Below are positions 36,975 through 43,950 of a DNA stretch of 43,950 bases, one piece after another. The stretch spans positions 3,970 to 47,919 of the forward strand of contig JBBDRK010000004.1 in NCBI GenBank assembly GCA_040905465.1, in the 5' to 3' direction. The notes under the pieces were generated by a model, which saw only the letters and a program-made list of their open reading frames with translations, did no database searches and had not been told where the DNA came from. The DNA is from Trueperaceae bacterium (GTDB taxonomy: Bacteria; Deinococcota; Deinococci; Deinococcales; Trueperaceae). How positions within the stretch are numbered: the stretch's first letter is position 1; every line of letters starts with the position of its first letter. The translations under genes and the position numbers were made by a program.

Positions 36975-37904
36975 TCAGCGATCGCCGGAGTAAACGAAGC
37001 CGACGACTTTCCAGCCGTCGGGAACGGCAAAGGCATCCACTCCGAGAACGTCCATCGCCAGCCGGCCCGTGATTTCGATGCCGGTGGGGATGCCGGAAAG
37101 CGCCGCCTCCAGCGACGCTCGCGCCTCTTCCGAGAGCTCCGCGCGCTGGGGATAGAAGGTCATGTCGACCTGGGTCGACGAACCCGCCGGCAGCGGGACG
37201 GGTCGCAGGTCGTCGGTAGCGATCTGGTGGCCGCCCAACGCCAGCGACAGGTCCTTGCCGTAGAGAAAGTAACCGATGTCACCCGGGTTGCTGATCGAAA
37301 GTATCAGACGCACCACCGGAACCTCGGGGTTAAGCAGGTAGGCGCGGCTCGCCTGTTCATCGAGTCGCAGCGCGGGTGCCTGTACGGTCTCACGCGCCAG
37401 CGTTGCGCCTTCGACCAGCAGCCGATTGTTGGTGCGGAACTCGTAGGCGAGCGAGTTGAACGTCAGGCTACCGTCGATGCGGAACGCGAGCGGTTCGCCG
37501 GTGAACGCTCGTACGACCGATCTCAGCAGGCCCGGCCGGTCCCGCAGGGCGGCTTCGATGGCGAAGCGCAGCGGCGCGGTGGCTTCGGCCGCCAGGAACA
37601 TGTCGAGATCCAGTGTGCCGCGGGTAACCTGGCGGTCCTCCAACGCCACCGTGTACTCGATGGCGGTCACCTTCACCGGGAACGGGTTCGGATTGTACAC
37701 GCTGGTTCCTACCGTCAGGGCCACCACTCCACCGGCTCCGGGCGGGTCGAAGCGCTCCACGCTCGTCTGCCCTTCGACCAGGCGAAACACGGGTGGGCTG
37801 ATCTCGCCGATACGCTGGGCACTGCGAATCTCACTTCTCGGGACGCAGCCGGCGAGGAGCGCGAACAGAGCGAGGCAAACGACGAACCACGTGCGACGGT
37901 GCAC
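36975..37904 (-). CDS. Lipoprotein with two LEA_2/WHy-like domains
   Basis: Lipobox LLAGC; YNPNPFPV and a second SNPGDIG motif in beta-rich repeats; GTG 37904 lies 6 nt after TATGCT. Confidence 0.75.
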   Translation of the reverse strand: MHRRTWFVVCLALFALLAGCVPRSEIRSAQRIGEISPPVFRLVEGQTSVERFDPPGAGGVVALTVGTSVYNPNPFPVKVTAIEYTVALEDRQVTRGTLDLDMFLAAEATAPLRFAIEAALRDRPGLLRSVVRAFTGEPLAFRIDGSLTFNSLAYEFRTNNRLLVEGATLARETVQAPALRLDEQASRAYLLNPEVPVVRLILSISNPGDIGYFLYGKDLSLALGGHQIATDDLRPVPLPAGSSTQVDMTFYPQRAELSEEARASLEAALSGIPTGIEITGRLAMDVLGVDAFAVPDGWKVVGFVYSGDR

Positions 37905-37982
37905 GATCCGAGCATAGCAGACGCCCGCCACGAGCAAGCGAGCGCTTTCGTCCCTGGCCCACCCGCGCAACCGGGGAAACTC

Positions 37983-40313
37983 TCAGATGACCTGCCGGAA
38001 GCCCACGGCCCGAGTGCGCCGCTGCAGTTCCTCCTTGAGCCGTCGTGCCCAGCTCGCTCCCAAATGCGGGTCGGCCTCCAGCATCTGCTTGGCGAGCGCT
38101 CGAGACTCCTCGATCAGGTCGCCGTCGCCGACCAGATCACCGAGAATCAGGTCGGGGAGGCCCGACTGGCGGGTTCCGCGCAGCTCGCCAGGTCCGCGCA
38201 GCTCCAGGTCCTTTTCGGCGATCACGAAACCGTCGTTGCTGCGCACGATCGCCTCCAGGCGCTTCTGCGTATTGCGGGAACGGTCGCCGGCAACCAGGAT
38301 GCAGCTGCTGGCGTGCTCACCTCGCCCCACTCGTCCACGGAGCTGATGCAGTTGGGCCAAGCCGAAGCGCTCGGCATTCTCGATGACCATCAGCGTGGCG
38401 TTGGGAATGTCGACGCCGACCTCGATCACGGTGGTGGCAACCAGCAGATCGAACTCGTGACGCCGGAAGCGCTCCATCACCTCGTCCTTCTCGGCGCCGG
38501 ACATCCTGCCATGAAGCATCGCAATGCGGCAGTCGGCCGGCAACCGCTGCTTCAGGTCCTCGAACATCCGGGTGGTCGACACTATCTCCTCGAGAGCCTC
38601 GCTGTCCTCCACCAGAGGCGTGACCAAAAATGCCTGCCGCCCCTTGCGGATCTCGTCGGTGACCTGGTGGTACACCTCACTGCGCTTGGCTGCGTTGAAA
38701 AGCCGGGTAGTAACCGGCTTGCGTCCGGGAGGCAACTCGTCGATGATCGACAGGTCCAGGTCGCCGTAGTAGGTGAGCGCCAGCGAACGGGGGATGGGGG
38801 TGGCGCTCATCACCAGGACGTGCGGAGCGTCCTGTAGCAGCTTGCGCCGCTGCTCTACGCCGAAGCGGTGCTCCTCGTCGATCACCGCCAGTCCCAGCCG
38901 CGAGAAGTGCAGCCCGTCCTGGATCAGAGCGTGCGTCCCCACCGCCAGCGCCGCTTCGCCGCTGCCGATTCGCGCCTTGGCCGTGCCCCTCTCGCCCGAC
39001 GTCATACTGCCCAGCAGCAACTCGCAGGAGATTCCGAGCGGATAGAGGTAGTCGCGCAGGTTCAGGTAGTGCTGCCGCGCCAGGATCTCGGTCGGAGCCA
39101 TCAACGCCGCCTGATATCCCCTGCGCGCCGCGGCGAAAACCGCGGCGGCCGCCACCGCCGTCTTGCCGGAACCGACATCGCCCTGCAGCAGCCGTGCCAT
39201 CTGCCGGCCACCCGCCATGTCCTCGAGGATCTCTGCCAGCACGCGCCGCTGCGCTGCGGTGAACGAGAACGGCAGGCTGTTTTCGAACTCGCTCAGCTCG
39301 GCCTGGTCCACCGGAATCCGTTTGCCCACGACATCAGCGTCACGGTTCAGCAGCACCCGCAGTTCGAGGAACAGGAACTCGTCGAACTTCAGCCGCCGGG
39401 TTGCCGCCTGCAACGCCGTTTCCGACGCGGGAAAGTGGATGTCGCGAAGCGCCCGGTCGAGCGATGTGAGCCCCTGCCTGGCCAGGACCGTGCGTGGCAG
39501 ATGGTCGGGCAGCGTATCGAGCGCCGTGAGCAGCCGGTGTGCCGATCTCCGCAGGTAAGCCTGCGAGAGCCCCTGGGTCGAGGGGTAGATAGCAACGATC
39601 CGGCCGGTCGACAGCGACTCGCTGTCATCGTCGATCTCCATGTGCTGAACGGCGAGTTCCACCTGGCGGCCGCGCCGCTTCACCTTGCCGGTCACGATCA
39701 TCCGCTGGCCCGGAAACAGCTGCTTCTCGAGCCACGGCTGGTTGAACCACACCGCGCTCAGGCGGTCGCCCCGCGAGTCCTCGAGAAACGCGCGCAGCAA
39801 CGCTATCCCGCGCCGGCTGCGGCTGGCCTTGCGTCCGATTACGAGGCCGGCGACGGTGACTTGCGTGTCATCTTCCAGGGTGCCGAAGTGGGGGAGCGCA
39901 CGTCGGTCTTCATAGCGGCGCGGCATGTGAAAGAGCAGGTCGCGATACGTCCGGATGCCGACGGCGGAAAGCTTCTTCGCGGCCTGTGCGCCGAGATCGA
40001 GCAGCGGTCGATCGATCGCTTGTTCCAGAGTCGCGGCGTCGAGTCGCGAGGCGGCCGGTCGAGCGTGGGCGGTGGGGCCGGCCTTCGGCTCTTCGACGAG
40101 CAATGCCAGTGCGCCCTCGACCCGGTTGGCTCGCTCGGCAGGTTCCAGCTCGGAGTACCCGCTAATCAGGGCCTTTACATCGCCGAACGGCTTGCCCACG
40201 GTTGCAATCAGCTTTTCGAGCCCGCCGACGACGGTGGTGTCGCGGCAACCGCTACGCAACTCCACCAACAGCGGCCTGCGCAGCCGCTCACGCAAATCGC
40301 TGACGCTGGCCAC
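37983..40313 (-). CDS. recG: ATP-dependent DNA helicase RecG
   Basis: PRRYED wedge region, [40 protein letters not shown]. Confidence 0.97.
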   Translation of the reverse strand: MASVSDLRERLRRPLLVELRSGCRDTTVVGGLEKLIATVGKPFGDVKALISGYSELEPAERANRVEGALALLVEEPKAGPTAHARPAASRLDAATLEQAIDRPLLDLGAQAAKKLSAVGIRTYRDLLFHMPRRYEDRRALPHFGTLEDDTQVTVAGLVIGRKASRSRRGIALLRAFLEDSRGDRLSAVWFNQPWLEKQLFPGQRMIVTGKVKRRGRQVELAVQHMEIDDDSESLSTGRIVAIYPSTQGLSQAYLRRSAHRLLTALDTLPDHLPRTVLARQGLTSLDRALRDIHFPASETALQAATRRLKFDEFLFLELRVLLNRDADVVGKRIPVDQAELSEFENSLPFSFTAAQRRVLAEILEDMAGGRQMARLLQGDVGSGKTAVAAAAVFAAARRGYQAALMAPTEILARQHYLNLRDYLYPLGISCELLLGSMTSGERGTAKARIGSGEAALAVGTHALIQDGLHFSRLGLAVIDEEHRFGVEQRRKLLQDAPHVLVMSATPIPRSLALTYYGDLDLSIIDELPPGRKPVTTRLFNAAKRSEVYHQVTDEIRKGRQAFLVTPLVEDSEALEEIVSTTRMFEDLKQRLPADCRIAMLHGRMSGAEKDEVMERFRRHEFDLLVATTVIEVGVDIPNATLMVIENAERFGLAQLHQLRGRVGRGEHASSCILVAGDRSRNTQKRLEAIVRSNDGFVIAEKDLELRGPGELRGTRQSGLPDLILGDLVGDGDLIEESRALAKQMLEADPHLGASWARRLKEELQRRTRAVGFRQVI

Positions 40314-40327
40314 GACCGAGTCTACCC

Positions 40328-40356
40328 TTTACGACCCTCCCCGGAAGCGCTATTGT
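40328..40356 (+). promoter_or_regulatory. Sigma70-type promoter of the glucose-type ABC operon
   Basis: TTTACG-N17-TATTGT, back-to-back with the recG -10 (TAGACT, minus strand, 40319-40324). Confidence 0.55.
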
Positions 40357-40501
40357 GAGCGGGCAGTCCAACGAAACCGGCCACTCCGAACTCACGGGGA
40401 CGCAAGGCACGGATCCGGTAACGGAAGGCGCGGCGAGGGCCGGGACGCGCCGCGTTCTTGCCATGGCATCGCCCGAACAGCCAAGTCGATTGGGAGCGAA
40501 C

Positions 40502-41719
40502 ATGAGACGAACGGTTCTGCCATTCCTACTCCTGCTTCTGGGCCTGTCCGTAGCGGCGGCTCAGAACGAGCTCGAGATCTTTTCCTGGTGGGCGGGCGAC
40601 GAGGGCCCCGCGCTCGAGGCGCTCATCGAAATGTACGAGCAGCAGCATCCCGACGTAGAGGTGATCAACGCGACCGTCACCGGCGGGGCGGGCGTGACCG
40701 CCAAGGCGGTACTCAAGACACGCATGCTCGGTGGCGATCCGCCCGATTCGTTCCAGGTTCATGCGGGCCAGGAACTGATCGGCACCTGGGTGGTCGCCAA
40801 CCGGATGGAGGACCTGACCCCGATGTTCGAGGAGCAGGGCTGGATGGACTCCTTCCCGCCTGACGTGATCGAGCTGATATCCACCGAAGGCGGCATCTGG
40901 AGCGTGCCGGTGAACGTTCACCGCTCCAACGTCATCTGGTACGTGCCCTCGAACCTGGAGGAGTGGGGCGTCGAAGTGCCGGCGGACTGGAACGAGTTCG
41001 TGGAGACCACCTGCCCGGCGCTGCAGGAGCAAGGCGTCACCCCGCTGACCGTCGGCGAGAACTGGACCCAGCAGCACCTGTGGGAGTCGGTCGTACTGGC
41101 CGAACTGGGCGTCGACGGTTGGCGCTCGCTGTGGACCGGCAATATGGCGTTCGATGACGACGCGGTCGTTGCCGCCTGGGAGACCTTCGGCCGGGTCCTC
41201 GACTGCACCAACGACGACGCCGCCGGCCTGGCCTGGCAACAGGCCACCGACCGTGTTGCCGAGGGTGAGGCCGCCTTCAACGTCATGGGTGACTGGGCCG
41301 CCGGATATATGAACACCACACTCGGATTGGAACCGGGCCAAGGGTTCGGCTGGGCGGCATCGCCCGGAACCGACGGTGTGTTCATGGTGCTGTCGGACTC
41401 CTTCGGGTTGCCGGTGGGATCGCCGCACCGCGACAATGCCGTCGCATGGCTCGAGCTGATCGGCTCCAAGGGGGGGCAGGACGCCTTCAACCCCCTCAAG
41501 GGCTCGATCTCGCCCCGCCTCGACAGCGACCTGAGCCTCTACAACACGTACGGCCAGTCGGCTGCCGACGACTACCAGAGCGACACCAAGGTCGGTTCGC
41601 TGGCGCACGGGACGGTCGCCAACGAGACCTTCATGAGCGAGTTCGCGACCGTGATGGACGCTTACACGGGCACGCGAGACGCCCGCCAGGCGGCCGCCAT
41701 GTCGAGCGACCTGGCGTAA
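40502..41719 (+). CDS. Glucose/mannose-type sugar ABC substrate-binding protein
   Basis: Signal peptide; [38 protein letters not shown] motifs like Thermus-type glucose-binding proteins; ATG 40502 with GGGAG RBS. Confidence 0.88.
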   Translation: MRRTVLPFLLLLLGLSVAAAQNELEIFSWWAGDEGPALEALIEMYEQQHPDVEVINATVTGGAGVTAKAVLKTRMLGGDPPDSFQVHAGQELIGTWVVANRMEDLTPMFEEQGWMDSFPPDVIELISTEGGIWSVPVNVHRSNVIWYVPSNLEEWGVEVPADWNEFVETTCPALQEQGVTPLTVGENWTQQHLWESVVLAELGVDGWRSLWTGNMAFDDDAVVAAWETFGRVLDCTNDDAAGLAWQQATDRVAEGEAAFNVMGDWAAGYMNTTLGLEPGQGFGWAASPGTDGVFMVLSDSFGLPVGSPHRDNAVAWLELIGSKGGQDAFNPLKGSISPRLDSDLSLYNTYGQSAADDYQSDTKVGSLAHGTVANETFMSEFATVMDAYTGTRDARQAAAMSSDLA

Positions 41720-41753
41720 CAAACCGGCGTGGGCCGCTTGGCTTCCTTTGTAT

Positions 41754-41778
41754 TCGGGGCGCGCCGGGCGCGCCCCGA
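41754..41778 (+). other. Intercistronic hairpin after the substrate-binding protein gene
   Basis: TCGGGGCGCGC-CGG-GCGCGCCCCGA, 11-bp perfect stem. Confidence 0.6.
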
Positions 41779-41813
41779 TTCACGTTGGGCCAGCCGCCTT
41801 CCGGGATCAGCCG

Positions 41814-42956
41814 ATGCCCCGCCATCGCGGCGCGTTCAGGCCGCGCAGCAACGACCATGTGATAGCGGTGCTGATGCTGCTGCCGACGCTTGTGCTGTTG
41901 GCGGTATTCGTGTACGGCTTCATAGGCAGCACCGCCTGGATGTCGCTTACCGACTGGGGGAGCAACCCGGCTCAGGCGCTGGCTCTCGACCCGGAGGTCG
42001 CCTTCGTCGGCCTCGCCAACTACGAGCGACTCTTCACCAGCGGCCTCAATGCCCGCTTTCGCCAGGATCTCGTCAACACCTTCTTCTTCACCGTCTTCTT
42101 CATAGTCGGTTGCGTGAGCCTCGGCCTCGGGCTGGCCGTCCTGCTCGACCAGCGAGTGAGGGGGGAAGGCTTCTTCCGCACCGTCTTCCTGTTCCCGTTC
42201 GCACTGGCGTTCATCGTCACCGGCACCATCTGGCGCTGGATGCTGCAGCCGCAGGGAGGCGTGAACCGCCTCCCCGAGCTGATCGGGTTGCCACCGTTTC
42301 AGTTCGGTTGGCTCACCAGCCGGCAGCAGGTTTGGCAGTTCCTGTGGCAGGACCTACCGGTGTTTCTGGGTGCGCTGCTGGCCCTGGTCGCGCTGTGGCA
42401 GGTCTGGCGCACCTGGCGCCGCGGCGGGCGCCTGAGCGCCGGAGCCTGGGGAGGAGTCGCTCTTGCGCTAGCCGTCTGGACGCTGTCGGGAGCTCCCGGA
42501 GTAGCCCTGCCGGCGCGCCCCGAAACGCACGGCTTCAACCTCGCGTTCCTGGGCATCATCCTGGCGTCCATCTGGCAGATGTCGGGGTACACCATGGCGC
42601 TGTACCTGGCCGGCCTGCGCGGCATCTCGGACGACCTGAGGGAAGCCGGACGGATCGACGGCGCCACCGAATGGCAGCTCTACCGCCACGTGATCCTGCC
42701 GCTGCTGGGACCGGTGACCCTGTCTGCGATGATCATCCTCGGCCACATAAGCCTCAAGATCTTCGATCTGATCTGGGCAATGGCTGGCGCCGACAACGCC
42801 GAGACGGACGTGCCGGCGTTGCTGATGTACCTGCGCTCGTTCCGGGCCAATCGCTTCGCCGAGGGCGCGGCGATCGCCATCGTGCTGCTGCTGATGGTGG
42901 CCGCGGTGATCGTTCCCTATCTGCGGAGCACTCTCCGCCGCGAGAAGGCCGCGTGA
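41814..42956 (+). CDS. Carbohydrate ABC permease
   Basis: TM segments; [12 protein letters not shown] loop; start uncertain (ATG 41814 chosen). Confidence 0.88.
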   Translation: MPRHRGAFRPRSNDHVIAVLMLLPTLVLLAVFVYGFIGSTAWMSLTDWGSNPAQALALDPEVAFVGLANYERLFTSGLNARFRQDLVNTFFFTVFFIVGCVSLGLGLAVLLDQRVRGEGFFRTVFLFPFALAFIVTGTIWRWMLQPQGGVNRLPELIGLPPFQFGWLTSRQQVWQFLWQDLPVFLGALLALVALWQVWRTWRRGGRLSAGAWGGVALALAVWTLSGAPGVALPARPETHGFNLAFLGIILASIWQMSGYTMALYLAGLRGISDDLREAGRIDGATEWQLYRHVILPLLGPVTLSAMIILGHISLKIFDLIWAMAGADNAETDVPALLMYLRSFRANRFAEGAAIAIVLLLMVAAVIVPYLRSTLRREKAA

Positions 42957-43804
42957 CGGCGACCTCCGGCACACTATGCAGGCCGCCGCGCCGTTCCGGC
43001 TCCCGAGTCGTCGTCTACCTGCTGCTGGCGTTGGCCACGCTCTTCTTCCTGCTGCCCATCTATCTGGTGCTGATCACGGCGCTCAAGGAGCCGGCAGAGA
43101 TCAGCCTCTCCTCTACCTGGCGGCTGCCGCGGACCTGGCACTGGCATAGTTTCGTCCTCGCCTGGGAAGCGTTCGCGCCGCGGCTGCGCAACAGCCTGAT
43201 CCTGGCCGTGAGCGCCACCGTCGGATCGGCGCTGCTCGGCTCGCTCAACGGTTACATCCTCTCCAAGTGGCGGTTCCGGGGAGCCGATATCGTCTTCCCG
43301 TTGATGCTCTTCGGAATGTTCATCCCCTACCAGAGCATCCTCATTCCGCTGTTCCAGTTCCTGCGCGATGTCGGACTCTACGGCGGCCTGCCCGGCCTCA
43401 TCCTCACCCATATCGTCTACGGCCTGCCGATCACAACCCTGATCTTTCGAAACTTCTACGCCGAGATTCCCGACGAGATGCTCGACGCCGCCAAGATAGA
43501 CGGAGCAGGCTTCTTCGGAATCTACCGACGGATCATCTTTCCGCTCTCGGTGTCCGGGTTCGTGGTGGTGGTTATCTGGCAGTTCACGCAGATCTGGAAC
43601 GAATTCCTGTTCGCGGTCACGCTCACCCGTCAAAGTAGCCAACCGATCACCGTGGCCCTGGCCCAACTGGCGGGCGGCCAGGCGGTCAGCTGGAACCTGC
43701 CGATGGCGGGCTCGATCCTGGCGGCACTGCCGACACTGCTCATCTATATCGTGCTCGGGCGTTATTTCATCAGGGGGCTGCTGGCCGGTTCTGTAAAGGG
43801 CTGA
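42953..43804 (+). CDS. Carbohydrate ABC permease
   Basis: GTG overlaps the upstream stop; [15 protein letters not shown]-terminal GSVKG. Confidence 0.9.
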   Translation: MTATSGTLCRPPRRSGSRVVVYLLLALATLFFLLPIYLVLITALKEPAEISLSSTWRLPRTWHWHSFVLAWEAFAPRLRNSLILAVSATVGSALLGSLNGYILSKWRFRGADIVFPLMLFGMFIPYQSILIPLFQFLRDVGLYGGLPGLILTHIVYGLPITTLIFRNFYAEIPDEMLDAAKIDGAGFFGIYRRIIFPLSVSGFVVVVIWQFTQIWNEFLFAVTLTRQSSQPITVALAQLAGGQAVSWNLPMAGSILAALPTLLIYIVLGRYFIRGLLAGSVKG

Positions 43805-43950
43805 CGACGCCGCGGCGACAGCGGCTCGGCGTTCCCGTGTTCTTATGTGCCCATTGTGTTGAAGTCGACGGAAGCGGGGTTGCGTCTTGATTGCTAGGCG
43901 CTGGTACCTGTGCCACAGCCGCGGACAGCCCGTGGAGCCAACGGTCGATG

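Noticed and set aside
36066-38837. 923-aa plus-strand ORF spanning serA, the LEA gene and part of recG
   Set aside because: Antisense shadow frame that happens to stay open across short spacers; composition typical of reverse-complement codons; no domain motifs
40352-40362. ATTGTGAGCGG, identical to the left part of the E. coli lac operator
   Set aside because: No right half-site and no vector context; it coincides with the predicted -10 and is most likely chance

Overview
GC-rich, gene-dense core-chromosome window. It most likely comes from a Deinococcota bacterium (Truepera-like); this is inferred from the RecG N-terminal extension, stand-alone hrcA, Thermus-type sugar ABC systems, many apparently leaderless genes and a T-box on valS. 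Gene order: pth, orphan pstS-like gene, valS with a Val T-box riboswitch, alpha/beta-hydrolase, maltose/maltodextrin ABC operon (malE-malF-malG-LacI-GH13) with two palindromic operators, mrp/apbC, membrane pseudokinase, guaA, EVE protein, hrcA, an uncharacterised three-gene module, tsaE-tsaB, mreB, a lipid A-like cluster (lpxD-lpxC-Gfo/Idh/MocA-fabZ-lpxA-lpxB-msbA-like-methyltransferase), class V aminotransferase-serA, LEA_2 lipoprotein, recG and a glucose-type ABC system. No mobile element, CRISPR array, tRNA or rRNA was seen. The best novelty candidate is the three-gene module at 18227-24196: two proteins share an unnamed N-terminal domain and a C-terminal Roadblock/MglB-like domain and flank a large exported membrane protein. 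The second is the minimal lipid A pathway with a GnnA-like oxidoreductase and a coupled methyltransferase. All calls come from reading the sequence; no searches were run.
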